NCBI RefSeq assembly: GCF_000281045.1
Contig: NW_008246154.1
Span: forward strand, 19,781-83,780
DNA length: 64,000 nt
Source of the DNA: Saprolegnia diclina VS20
Lineage: Eukaryota
Direction: 5' to 3'
Shown here: piece by piece, positions 1 to 13,230 of the stretch
Layout of the letters: each line of letters opens with the position of its first letter
Numbering within the stretch: the first letter of the stretch is position 1
Notes under the pieces: model-generated
Database searches by the model: none
Seen by the model: the letters and a program-made list of their open reading frames with translations, nothing else
Told to the model about the DNA's origin: nothing
Program-made: the position numbers and the translations under genes

Positions 1-41
1 ATCCAACAGAGGGTGGTTGTATGTACTACGCCGTCACTCGA

Positions 42-1767
42 TCACGCCCCCTTTTGCTTTTCAGTCGCCGCTTGCTGTTTGAGCTCGGTCGCGCAACTCA
101 AACAAACGGGCATCCACTTGGAGGCTGCGCACTTGGTGGCAGCGTCGGCTGTTTTGCAATGGGAGCAGGTCGGTACGGACGTGGTCTCGGCGTGCGACGC
201 GACCGGAGATGGTGTTGTTGGCGCGTATTTATCGAATTTGGCCATGAGCGCGCGCTCGTTCTCTTCCTTGAACATCGCGACGCGCTGGCGCTGCGCTTCC
301 CACGCCTCGGCGTCTCGCTTCTTCTTGGCATCGCGGTCGGAGGCCACGCGGGCCTGCAGATCGTTGTAGTCGGCTTCAACTCGCCGGAGGATCCATGTAA
401 GGCCCGTCTCAAGTGCGTCGTCGACGCGCCCTGCGTTGGCACCCGCCTTGGCGACGCATTCCAGCACCTTCTTGTTGTTGTACATGCCGACTTGGAGGTC
501 GCGGCAAAACTGTTTCTCGTTCACGGCGCCCGGCAAGTCTTTTTTGTTGGCAAATCTACGCGTTGAGTTTTGAGTTCGAGTGGACCGCATCAAAGTGTGA
601 GCATTAGTACATGAGCAGTGGTTTGCCGACAAGAAGGGGGTGCTCCATGGCCTGCGAGAGGATCGTGGCGGCTTCCGCGAATCGCGCCGGTGCTGCCGCG
701 TCAACGACGTAAATGACGGCGTGCGCCTAGGTCGTTTTCAGTCGACAATCGAAAGGACAAGTTGTACATCAGCATAGTATTCCTTCCAGACCGCCCGAAA
801 CGTGGGCCCGCCGCCCAAGTCGACAAACATTGCGAGACCATTGGCCATTTGAAACTTGACGGACGTATAGCCGGCACTGGGTCCGTGCTCCTTCTCCAGG
901 TCTATACTACCTGAGAAGAGTGACGCGCGAGAGCACCGGGCGTACCGCCTTGGAGCGTCGAGAGCAAGGTCGACTTGCCCGCGCCGTCAATACCGAGGAG
1001 GAGGATCACAGGCTCCATGGCCCGGGGCGTGGTCGGACGCGGCGTCTTGGTCGTCGCAGGCTCGACCTCGGGCTCAGCGTTGGGCCGGCGCAGTAGGATC
1101 GGATGGATGTGCTCCTCGACCTTGTTGTTGTCATACCGAATTGTGTATGTGGTCGACGCAGCGTCGTAGGCTTCGATGACCGCAGGTACAAACTTGGGGC
1201 GGCCTTTGAAGCGACACTCGACAGCGTCCCCGATCGCATACACTTCATGCGCAATCGCGAGCGATGAAAGCCCATTGGACTCGAGGTCACGAATGTCATT
1301 GTTGTTGTTGCTTCCATGTGCCATGCTGCGCGTGTGAGCGACCGATACCAAGTAGGCTAGTCAGTAGCCATAGCAACACACATGTGGCAGAGACGTGAAC
1401 GTACCGCGCACGTCATTCGGCTTTTCTTGCATGATGCGCTGTGTCAGGTCCTCCATGATAGGTAGCACGCTCGACGACATGAAGGTAACCATGCGCTGAC
1501 GGCGTGCTGTCACCGACTTGTTGGCCTCGCTCAGGTGCTTCATACGTCCGAGGCCCCCCGCGCCATTTTCCAAGTAGCTCGCCATGAACTCGTACACGTT
1601 ACTGGGCTGGTACAACAGCAAGGTCTCGATGAGCGGCATCAAGAGCGGATCCACACGCGTCCGGAGGTACTCGTGCTCCGCATCGAGCTGTGCGCGGGCT
1701 ACGACATGTAAGATCTCAGTTGCGAGCGCATCGTCACCACGGCAGATGCACCTGCCACCGACGCCAT
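42..1767 (-). CDS. ARL13: ARL13-like small GTPase with two N-terminal Dpy-30/RIIa-like domains, a Tudor-like domain, a coiled coil and a C-terminal Cys-rich motif (6 exons)
   Basis: GT-AG introns 1699-1751, 1357-1404, 902-945, 727-767 and 556-610 join the ORF fragments in frame. Motifs: P-loop GIDGAGKST, G3 DLGGG (no catalytic Gln, as in ARL13), WKEYY, AVIYVVDA, G4 FANKKD, then GLTWILRRVEADY and a coiled coil. Confidence 0.85.
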
Positions 1768-2151
1768 CCTGCGGGAAATGGCGGTAAAGCCACTCACCGG
1801 ACGGGCTAAAAATAGCTGACCAATCATCGCGCCGAATTGGCAATCTTCGAGGGGCACGCAAAACCGCACCGATTTCGTTTTCACACCTCGACCGCCTCGA
1901 GACGGGAACGGCCGATGCAGTACTGCGTACGTCACGGTCGCAGATGTACGACAATATTGCACCGCGTTCCGCCTCAACGAGAAACACGTTGTATCCGAAA
2001 TTGACGCGATTGCAAGTCCTGAGGACGCTCGCGTGGAGCCGACAGGCTGGTCGGAATGCGGGTGCGTCTCTGCGATTCAGTGCATCTTTCAGTGTAGTAG
2101 GTGCGTCATTGAACGTTACGGAAGCGCACCTGTCGAGTGGGCGAAACGAAG

Positions 2152-4742
2152 ATGGCGACCGAAGCCAAGCGCGGCATCGTCGGCGTCCGCGGCACTTGGA
2201 TGGTGCGTGGTGTCCTTGATGGCATATGTGATATATATCAGTTACTCTCTCTCTAGTGGCGGGACCGTGATGTCGTCATCAGCAAGACTGGCGACCTCTT
2301 TGTCTATCGCAAAGGCACGAGCACCCTCAAGCTCAAGGTGCCTTGCTCGTATCTCGATGGCGGCTTGACCCGTAGTGTTAGATTCATCTGTGGGACCCGG
2401 CCGTGCAGATCACGTTCCACGCCGACGACACCCTGCTTCAGATCAAGACGCGCAGCGACGACGTCCTCTTCGACTGCAAAGAGACTAGCCACCGTGACGC
2501 ATGGCTCGCCGCCATTTACACCGTGCAGGCCGCGGCACCGCCAGTGCGATCGTCCTCAGCGCCCGGTGTCGTAGCGCTTGACGACTCGGACGACTCGGAC
2601 GACGGCGACTTTGAGATTTACGCTGATGAGACCGAGACACTTGCGGCCTTTCAGAACGTGCGCCGCTCGATCACGTGCGATCTCGGCGTCGACGCCAGCG
2701 ATGGCAACGACACGGCGACGTTGAACGAGGCGGAGAAAGCCAAGCACTGGAACGCTTTGGCCGCCTTTATCGAACACGTCGACGGCGCTGGGCGCAGTGT
2801 GCTCTTGCACTGGGATGTTCTTCTCACACTTCCGGTCGGCCTCTCGATGGCCAACCTCTTGACGGCGCTTGGCGAACGTAATCGACCGGCGACGTCTCCT
2901 ACGGCCGCGCCACAAGCTCGACCGCGCAAGACGTCGGCGTCGCAAAAGACACTGGTGACCGCATTTGTGCGAGACCTCCTCTTCCACCCGACGTACGGCC
3001 ACCGACTCGGGAAGGATGCGACCATGGCGGCCAACGTCCACCTCATTGACAAGTACTTTCCGCATTGCCGCCTTCGCCGGTTCAGCAACTTGGACGATAA
3101 GGACCTGCCCGTCGTCGTCGCGGCCCATCAACTCGTTGAGCCGTCACCGCCGCCTACCATTAGCGTTCGGCTCATGCCCCAGCGCGGGAACCGGCACATT
3201 CTTCTGTCAGACAAGGCTATAGCACCAGCCTCGACGCCGCCGCCACCGCGTGGCAGCTCGCCGCTCGCGACGCTTCAAACACTGCGCTCTGTCTTGGAGA
3301 ATCACCGCCTCACGCCCGAGGCCTTTGCGGAGCAGTGTACGCTTTTTCACCGATCGCAGCTCGGCAAAGTTCCGCTACCGACTTTTCTCGGGCCTGCCAC
3401 GGACGAGCAAAAGGCCATTTCGGACCACTTCAACAAACTCACCGCCTATCTGGTGTGGTCGGTCATTGCTGAAGAGAGTCCGCTCGAACGCGCGCAGGCC
3501 ATCGAGACCATCACGGCGATCGCGGTTGCCGCCAACGGCCACGACCTCAACAACTTTCACCTTGTCATGGCGAGCATCGGGTGCCTCGGTGACACGCCGC
3601 TCATGCCATCGCGCCTGCCTGCCACGTGGAAGCGCGTGCGCGCCAAGTGCAAAGCCCAGCTCTTTGAATTACGGTCGCTCTGCGACCACAATGGCGGCTT
3701 TGAGACGCTTCGGAAGAAGCAGTTGCTCATGAGCGGGACCGCCGCGACATTGCCGTTTTTAGGTGTCGTCGGCGCGGCACTGGAGCGGCTGCGCACCACG
3801 CCGCTCTTCACTGGCGGGCGCATCGACGTCGAGAAGCTCACACGGCAGTACGATGCCCTTTGCGTCGTCGAGAATGCCCTCGAGCGCAGCTATGTATTCG
3901 AGCCCCACGCTAGCATCCAGGCGTTTCTGCAAGGACTGCCGCCACCGATGGACGGGCTCCAGTCCCGGTCGCTCGCCCTTCAAAGCATCGAAGCCTCGTA
4001 CGGGTCAACCTCCACTTTTCGTGTCGCATCGTTTGGTGACGGACCCCCGCGGTGGTCGTCGACGTCGTCCGAGGCGAGCCGCGTCGTGCCCTTCAAGTAT
4101 GCGTGCGCGCTTCAGCGCACGGTCCCGGACGCCAAGGACCGCCTCGCTCTCTACATGGAGCTGCTGCTCGTGTCGGACAAGACGCCTGTGCTGAAGCTTG
4201 TCCAGAGCCTCTTGCGCGATGTCCACGAGTCACTATTTCGCACGTCGACGCAAGCGACGTGCGACCTCCTCGTCGCGCGCTGGGACGGACTCGTGACGGC
4301 GATGGTGACGTACTGTCTACCAGAGATCGTCGACGTCGTCGGACCTGACGGCGCACTCGAGCCACTGCTCTACGAGAGTGTAATCCGCGCTGTCTTTCCC
4401 GCGTTTGCGCGCGGTGTCTACTGCAAAGTGGTCGCCGAGCATACGACGACGAGCATAGAAAGGAGGATGCGCGATCCCTCGATACAACTGCACCCGCTGG
4501 ACGCGTTGGTCGCACCGACAAGTCCTATCCATGCACTGCAGCTCATTGCCGATGTGCTTGCAACGTTGCCGACGGCAGCAGCCGAGTACGAGTTTCAAAA
4601 GGTGCTCCACACAAGCCGTGTACCAAACCCACGCGCATTGCGGGTCTTCATGGCGGCGTCGCTCGACCCGACCAAGCTCCGAGACACACTGCGGCATGCG
4701 CTGGCCGTATACACACGTTGCATTGTCGACTTGGCAGAATGA
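2152..4742 (+). CDS. PH-domain plus RasGEF (CDC25-like) protein
   Basis: PH C-terminal helix RDAWLAAI. CDC25 motifs TPEAFAEQCTL, ISDHFNKLTAYLVWSVI, LNNFHLVMAS, RLPATWKRV, LPFLG. The 5' exons (start about 2152) are inferred and approximate. Confidence 0.75.
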
Positions 4743-5011
4743 GTAGGACAAGAGTACCGTCGTACGGTGCTGCTTGCACCGATACCCGAGCTCTTTTGAT
4801 TGCAAATTTCATATGTAGAAGAAGGAATGTCCTTTGCACGCATCATTATTTTGTACATGGCCAATCAATGACCGATGTATCGGATTTTTGGACCAATCAA
4901 AATTTGCCACTCAGCATCCCAAGGAAGCAGCCTGTGCTTTGGGGTGAAAGGCTTCCGCGCTACCTCGGTACTAGTACTTGATGACATGGTGCCATTTACG
5001 AATCGGCCGCC

Positions 5012-5908
5012 ATGCTCATATTCCGATCCATTTCCAAGAGCTTTGTCTCGGTGCAGCGCGAAGGCGTCGGTGCGACGGTCCGCCTGTCCATGGTCAACCG
5101 ATGCTGCGTCGCCTCTCGACCCGTTCTTGATGCTCGACGAGTTCCACGTGCAGCTCCCCGGCAGGTTTCCCGACCACCCGCACCGCGGCTTTGAGACCAT
5201 CACGTACCTCGTACCGCACTCGCCCGGCATGATGCTCCACGAAGACTTTAGCGGCCACCACGGCGAGCTCGCGCCAGCGCCCTCCAGTCGATGTGTCCCG
5301 CCCGCGGTATTGTCCACTCGGAGATGCCTGCGAGCTGCAACAAGCCTGCGATTGGACTCCACTTCTGGCTCAATTTGCCCAAGTTGCTCAAGATGACCGA
5401 GCCGAAATACCAGGAGATTCCGGCCAAAGGGCTCCCGCGAGTCAAGCAGGGAACATTGAGGTGATCGTGATCGCGGGCCAAGCCATGGGCGCGACCGCCA
5501 ACGTCTTTACCAACGTCCCGATCACGTACGTCCACTTTATCTTTTCCGGCGCAGCGTCGCACTCGCATGCACTGCCGAAGGACCACAATGCGTTCGTGTA
5601 TATCATCTCGGGCGAAGGCTCCATAGGTGGCAGCCGCGTCGAGCCGCACTCGGTGGGTTTGCTCTCGGCTGACGGCAACGAAGACGGCGTCACGCTCGAG
5701 ACCACGGGCGAAATGCAGTGCGTCGGGCTCAGCGGCAAGCCCATCAACGAGCCCATCAACAGCAGTACGGTCCACTTGCCATGACGACGCGCGGACCTTC
5801 AAGCAACGATCCAAGACGACAACTTTGGATAACGGCTTTGAGAACGCACCGGACTGGAGCTCGTCGATTGGTGAACTCGCGCTCAAGTCAATGCCACCGA
5901 CGACGTGA
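5012..5908 (+). pseudogene. Pirin-family (bicupin) gene broken by multiple frameshifts
   Basis: Pirin motifs lie in different frames with no intron signals between them: EGVGATVR, DPFLMLDEF, FPDHPHRGFETITY, RGIVHSEMP, HFWLNLP, KPINEPI, QYGP, NGFENA. Confidence 0.8.
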
Positions 5909-6538
5909 CCAAATGTTGTGTTGTCAGCACAATTTTTCCTTCGTAATTGCATGTTTACGTCCTGTTGCCAGAGTTAACGTAAACACGCAATTTGGTCGAA
6001 ATTCATACACTTCTTCTTGGACTAATGCAATGTCTTTCTACATTGCAGCGTGCTCCAACTTTGCTGTGTCACGTACGCCTCATGGCGCACACCCACATCA
6101 ACCGTTCATGTGCACACGGCGGTCGATCACAGAACGTAGTCGATCTGTGGCCCATGCATACGCACGCAAGAAGACCTCGGTTGCTATCATGCTCTGAAGC
6201 TCTGCGCTTGGATTGCAGCGTGGCCCACCTTGGCCAGAGACGACGTCGACGGCGCGTGTCCCTCGGGGACGAAGACGGACGCTGCGTCGGTGCTATAGCA
6301 CCAGCCCTTGCCGCCCACGCCCGACGCCCGCCCCGCGCAGTCGCCTGTGCAACGATGATGGCGGGCCGGAAGCGACCCATGCTTGGCGTCACGGCGTCAG
6401 TGGCCCTGGGGCGGGCGAGGCGCTGCCATGTGGCGTGCGTCGGCCAAGACGAGAATGTATGTTGACTGAAAACCTCTCAAAACGAATCCCTTCACAACCG
6501 ATTGATCTATCTTCCTCACACTTTCGAGGCGAAGCAAC

Positions 6539-7939
<1,401 letters not shown>

Positions 7940-8256
7940 GTCGAGAATACCCTGTTGACACGTATACGACACCCCCAATACGACGGCGCTGTCTGTCCAC
8001 TTGTTTCTGATGGGCGTTTATGGCACTACGATCTTAGTTGCGCTTCAACGCTTGTTGGAACAGCTGCAAGCAGGCGAGGCACATTTCGCTGCAAACCATC
8101 ATGCTCTCTATCCAGACCGTCTCACGTGTGCGTACGCTTTGCCTGTGCTGTGGTGGCAACCCTAGCCCTCATGCTGCCCCGTCTACCATTCTAAATCGAG
8201 GCGTCGCACAGGAATTCCATGAGCGCAGTCCATGAAGAAGCCTAGTCACGCAAAAC

Positions 8257-10041
8257 CTAGCCGCAGATGGTCACGTTGTTCTTGATGAGCGGGAGACCGT
8301 TGCCACCGGCGACGCGGTAGCACGACGTTTGCGGGAAGAGCGCCATGACGTTGGTCACGATCGAAAACACAAGGGCAAAGGAAAACACAGCGAGCACGGC
8401 GATGGCCGCGGGGGTGCTCGAGCCGCCTTTGCGCTTGAGCTTTTGGACAGCAGCCTTTTGAGGCGGCAGTAGCGGTAGAAACGCAAACGAGAGCATCTTG
8501 AACCCATAGGCAATCGCATACGAATAGGTGACTTGCAGGCGGACATCGTACGTGTCGTTGGCCAAGTCCTTGGGCCTCAGCGTCAAGTACGAGCCCAGGA
8601 GCTTGTAGAAGACAGTGGAAAACGGCGTCGCGAGGTTGACGATCGTCGTGACGAGGCCAAAGACAACGCCTTCGTTGCCAATGTCGGCGATCTCGACTGC
8701 GCAGTAGCCCGAGACAATGAAGCGGATGCCGGCCGGGAGGCTGTCGGGCAGCAGCGTCGTCGAGAAAAAGTACTCTTCCCGGACCACATTCCACGTTGTG
8801 AGCATGAGGATCGTGCCGTCAATGGTCATGACACCGATCGTCGCCAGCGCAATCGTGGTGCGCCAGTTCCAGTTGAGGCCATACCGCCCACAAATGTAAA
8901 TGGCCACCGACGTGAGCAGCGCGTTGGCAACCGCAAAGAGCGACTTTGTGAGCGGCCGCACAGTCGCCCAGAGACTCGGGATGATGGGGGTTGCTGTCGA
9001 GTCGAAATTGTAAAAAAAGTTGCTCAAAAAGCGAAATGCGCAGATTTGCCACATGACGCGCAGTCGCAGTAGGTTCCATAGGTTCCAGAGGTAGCTGCGA
9101 ACGTATGGCTTGACGCCGCGGTCTTCGACGATGAGGAAGAGCGTCGCCCAGATTGCGAGTGCGCACGGTGCAATCAGAACCGCAAATATCACGTTGGGCC
9201 CAATGGACCACGTAAAGCTGCCGTCGTACTCCGGTCCGTTCATGCAAATACCCACAATGAGCAGCGGCAGCATGCTAAACGCGTACCGCACCGCGTAAAT
9301 CGCTGATTGGAGTCGCCCTCGGATGTGGATCGGCTCACGGTGCGCGTACTCGACCACCATGGCGTCGGCGGCGACGTCGGCGAGCATGTAGCCAAAGCTG
9401 CCGAGCGACGAGAGGAGGATCCAGTAGTTGGCTTCGCCCGCCGCATCCACGTTCACGAGCTGCTTTTGCTCGGCCGTCAAGTTGGAGAGGTCGCCACCGC
9501 GCACCTTGCTGATCGCGGCAGCCGAGAGACGAAGGCTTTTGCCGAGGTACGGCTCGGGAAACGGCGCAAACGCCATGAGGCACATGCACGCGAGGCAGAT
9601 GCTCCACCCGATGAGCATGTACGGCCGGCGCTTGTAGCCGCCGATGGGGAAGCAGTCGGAGAGCATGCCGAGGAAGACCTTGAACGACCAGCAGATCGTG
9701 ATGAGCACCGAGTAGGACGCGGCTTCGTAGCCAGCAAAGTTCATGTACTTGACGTACACGGGGTACACGAGCGCGGGGAGGCAGCCGTAGACAACGCCGA
9801 CGGCCGCATACTGGGCGAGGAGCCCGATGGCCTCCTTGGAGTAAAGCTCAAGCGCGCCGCCTTCGCGGATCGCACCGCCAAGGTACAAGTCGTCGCCGTC
9901 GCCGCCATAATGAGGGTCGCCGATCGTCTTGGGCGCCTGCATGTACGCATCGGGCGAGTTCACGATCGTCGTGTGGCGCGTGAGCAGCTCGGCCTCGTCA
10001 AAGAGCCACACGCCCTTGTCGGCCTCGTGCGGCTGCTGCAT
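8257..10041 (-). CDS. Folate-biopterin transporter (BT1/FBT, MFS), copy 1
   Basis: Intronless multi-TM ORF with WSFKVFLGMLSDCFPIGGYKRRPY, ADVAADAMVVE, RGRLQS. Start taken at MQQPHE by comparison with the paralogs. Confidence 0.9.
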   Translation of the reverse strand: MQQPHEADKGVWLFDEAELLTRHTTIVNSPDAYMQAPKTIGDPHYGGDGDDLYLGGAIREGGALELYSKEAIGLLAQYAAVGVVYGCLPALVYPVYVKYMNFAGYEAASYSVLITICWSFKVFLGMLSDCFPIGGYKRRPYMLIGWSICLACMCLMAFAPFPEPYLGKSLRLSAAAISKVRGGDLSNLTAEQKQLVNVDAAGEANYWILLSSLGSFGYMLADVAADAMVVEYAHREPIHIRGRLQSAIYAVRYAFSMLPLLIVGICMNGPEYDGSFTWSIGPNVIFAVLIAPCALAIWATLFLIVEDRGVKPYVRSYLWNLWNLLRLRVMWQICAFRFLSNFFYNFDSTATPIIPSLWATVRPLTKSLFAVANALLTSVAIYICGRYGLNWNWRTTIALATIGVMTIDGTILMLTTWNVVREEYFFSTTLLPDSLPAGIRFIVSGYCAVEIADIGNEGVVFGLVTTIVNLATPFSTVFYKLLGSYLTLRPKDLANDTYDVRLQVTYSYAIAYGFKMLSFAFLPLLPPQKAAVQKLKRKGGSSTPAAIAVLAVFSFALVFSIVTNVMALFPQTSCYRVAGGNGLPLIKNNVTICG

Positions 10042-10268
10042 ACTGCGAAAAAATATGTTCCCAAGAGCGCCACGACGCGGGAAAACCGCTTTCTGGGAAA
10101 GGCCGTATCTTGCGAAGAATAGAAGATTTCGTAGAGAGGTGGGTGGCGAGTTGCATGCTACTAGCCACAAAGTGAATGCTTTTGAGGACACAGGCGACAC
10201 GCTTTCTGCAGTGCGTGAATGGCCAGAGCGCCGTGTTGGCTCATGCGAATCAACGTCCGATCCACTTG

Positions 10269-10320
<52 letters not shown>
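10269..10320. repeat. (TATC)13 / GATA microsatellite
   Basis: Perfect 52-bp tetranucleotide run upstream of BT1 copy 1. Confidence 0.98.
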
Positions 10321-10560
10321 GACGCACCTATCTATCCCTATTCCTACCAACCTACTAGTACCACGGTATCACAAAAAGTAGGAAACCCACAACGACCACG
10401 CGCGATTCGCAGTCTTGTGTCATTGTCGATTTACTGAACATTTATGACTTGAAGGACAGACGAACGCGATGAAACACACAGAGGACGGCGGGCACTCGAC
10501 GTCCAAGTTGATAATTGAATGCTGAGATTACTTAGACATGGGACAGAGAGGCTAGACGTC

Positions 10561-12342
10561 TTAGCCGCAGATCGTCACGTTGCCTTGAATGGTCGGCTGT
10601 CCGTTGCCGCCCGCAACGCGATAGCACGAGGTTTGCGGGAAGAGCGCCATAAAGTTGGTCACGACCGAGAAAAGCAGCGCGACAAAGAAGGAAACAACGA
10701 CGGCCGTGGCTGCGTGCGAGTTGGCGCCACCCGTGCGCTTGAGTTTTTGGACCGCCGCTTTTTGCGGCGGGAGCAACCCGAGAAAGAGCAACGACGCAAA
10801 CTTGAAGCCGTACGAGATGATGAACGCGTAGGTCACTTGCCAGCGCACGTGGGTCGAGTCTTTTGCGAGATCGTTGTTGGAGAGGTCGAGGTACGAGTCA
10901 ATGAGCTTGTAACACGCAGTGGAAAACGGTGTCGCGAGGTTGACGATCGTCGTGACGAGGCCAAAGACGACGCCTTCGTTGCCAATGTCGGCGATCTCGA
11001 CCGCGCAGTAGCCCGAGACAATGAAGCGGATGCCGGCCGGGAGGCTGTATGCCAGCTGCGAGATCGTAAAGAAATACTCGTTTCGGACTACATTCCACGT
11101 TGTGATAAAGATGACGGCGGCGTCAATGACCAAGACACCGATGGTCGCGAGCGCGATCGAGACGCGCCAGTCCCAGTTGAGGCCGTACCGCCCACAAACG
11201 TAAATCGCCACCGACGTGAGCAGCGCATTCAACACCGCCGTGATGGACTTTGTGATCGGCTGGACGTTGGCCCAGAGACTCGGGATGATGAGCGTCACGG
11301 TCGTATCAAACGAGTAGAAGAAATTGCTCAAAAAACGAAACGCGCAGATTTGCCACATGACGCGCAGTCGCAACAAATTCCAAAGACTTTGGAGGTAGCT
11401 GCGAAAGTATGGCTTGACATCGCGGTCTTCGACAATGAGAAACATGCAGCACCACATGGCCAGCACGCACGGAAGAGCGAGCACGGCAAAGACGAGGTTT
11501 GGGCTCATCGACCAGTTGAAATTACCGTCGTACTGCGGTCCGTTCATGCAAAAGCCAATGAGCAGGAGCGGGATCATGCTGCACGCATAGCGCACCGAGT
11601 AGATTGCCGACTGCAGTCGACCGCGGATCGCAATCGGCTCGCGCTGAGCGTACTGGACGACCATGGCGTCGGCGGCGACGTCGGCGAGCATGTAGCCAAA
11701 GCTGCCGAGGGTCGAGAGAAGGATCCAGTAGTTGCCTTGGTTGGGCGCGTCGACGTTGATCGACTTTTGCATGTCTTTGGACAAAACCGAGAGGTCGCCG
11801 CCGCGGACGCGCGCAATGATGCGCGGGTTCATGCCGGCGAGGGCAGAACCAATGTACGGGTCCGGGAACGGGTTGAGCGCCATGAGGACGACGCTCACGA
11901 GACACATGCTCCACCCGAGAAGCATATACGGCTTGCGCTTGTAGCCGCCGATGGGGAAGCAATCGGTGAGCATACCAAGAAAGACCTTGAACGACCAGCA
12001 GAGCGTGACGAGCACTTTGTATGACGACGCTTGAAAGCCCGAAAAGTTGAGGTACTTGACGTAGAGCGGGTAGAGGAGGCCGGGCAGGCAGCCATAGATG
12101 ATGCCAACCGCCGCGTACTGCCCGAGGAGCCCGATGGCTTCGCGGCTCATGAGATCGAGCGCACCGCCTTCTCGCAGCGCGTCACCATCGTAGTACGGGT
12201 CGTCGTCGTCATAGAGGGCATCGTCGGCGATGAGCTTGGATGCATGGAGGTACGACTGCGTATCGAGGGCGGTGAGGTTGCTCGACTCTTTCGGGTACAA
12301 ATCAGCCTCGTCAAAGAGCCAAATCTTGGCCGGTGCTGCCAT
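10561..12342 (-). CDS. Folate-biopterin transporter (BT1/FBT), copy 2
   Basis: 593-aa intronless ORF with the same motifs; tandem paralog of 8257-10041. Confidence 0.92.
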   Translation of the reverse strand: MAAPAKIWLFDEADLYPKESSNLTALDTQSYLHASKLIADDALYDDDDPYYDGDALREGGALDLMSREAIGLLGQYAAVGIIYGCLPGLLYPLYVKYLNFSGFQASSYKVLVTLCWSFKVFLGMLTDCFPIGGYKRKPYMLLGWSMCLVSVVLMALNPFPDPYIGSALAGMNPRIIARVRGGDLSVLSKDMQKSINVDAPNQGNYWILLSTLGSFGYMLADVAADAMVVQYAQREPIAIRGRLQSAIYSVRYACSMIPLLLIGFCMNGPQYDGNFNWSMSPNLVFAVLALPCVLAMWCCMFLIVEDRDVKPYFRSYLQSLWNLLRLRVMWQICAFRFLSNFFYSFDTTVTLIIPSLWANVQPITKSITAVLNALLTSVAIYVCGRYGLNWDWRVSIALATIGVLVIDAAVIFITTWNVVRNEYFFTISQLAYSLPAGIRFIVSGYCAVEIADIGNEGVVFGLVTTIVNLATPFSTACYKLIDSYLDLSNNDLAKDSTHVRWQVTYAFIISYGFKFASLLFLGLLPPQKAAVQKLKRTGGANSHAATAVVVSFFVALLFSVVTNFMALFPQTSCYRVAGGNGQPTIQGNVTICG

Positions 12343-13230
12343 CGTCGTTTGCAGCTGCGTTGTCTATGGCAAAATGCCTTTACAGAGCGCCAGTGGAGTC
12401 GATACGAGTCGGATCATACAAAACACCTATGTTCTTGGTATCGCAGCCGTACATTCGATCGCGACACGTGGTGGTGCCACGTGGTGTCGCTTGCTCTCCC
12501 AACCAGCTAAAGCTCCAGCTAAACCGTTATCAACGCTTTCCCTTTTTCCTATTGAGGCACCCAACAAGTAGCACGGGTCCTATGTACAAGACCCATCGAG
12601 CAAGCGGGGTGCTGACCGTGGTCGGTCTTCGGTTGAAGCAACCGACTTGCTGTCTCAATTGATGACGACGTGCGGCATGACGAGGAGCGTCCCAGCTGCG
12701 TCTACACCGGGTTCGCCGCAAGAGGCAAGGACGCGAATGGAGGTGTTGAAGGTGATTGGGATGTAATGGCAACGTTGCCCTTCTCTTTAACTCGCACAAG
12801 TAGCCAAGTTGTCACTGCTCCGAAGCGGAGCCCCCGAGACGCGCGGCTCGAGCGAGAGAGCCGCAGTGCAAGTCCAGGTGCAATTTAGCGTGCGACAACA
12901 TGTGACGTGTCCATATTTAATCCCAGGTCCTTTGAACGTTCGCTTTCTTGTTGCTATTTGCTTGCCTGGTGGTCTGGTCTTGGTCTGGGGTAATCATGTC
13001 ATAGCTATTTTGCTAATACCGCGCATGTGAGCGATGTGAGGCAGCTGCTGGGTGTAGTCTGAGAATGAGATGCGTGCTTGCTTGTCAAGCCCGAGCCCCT
13101 TCTAGCATCTTCACAAGACCTCTTGAGCCCGTCGTACGCAGTCGTTGCACACAGCTTGCGTTTCGACGAGCGCTCGCAGAGGCGTGTGGGTTGATGGTTA
13201 CGCGTTGTTACCTTGTGACGCACTCGTTTC

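Noticed and set aside
4080..4742. Possible degenerate VPS9 domain at the RasGEF C-terminus
   Set aside because: The region is helical, but the conserved GADD-like motif is not recognisable.
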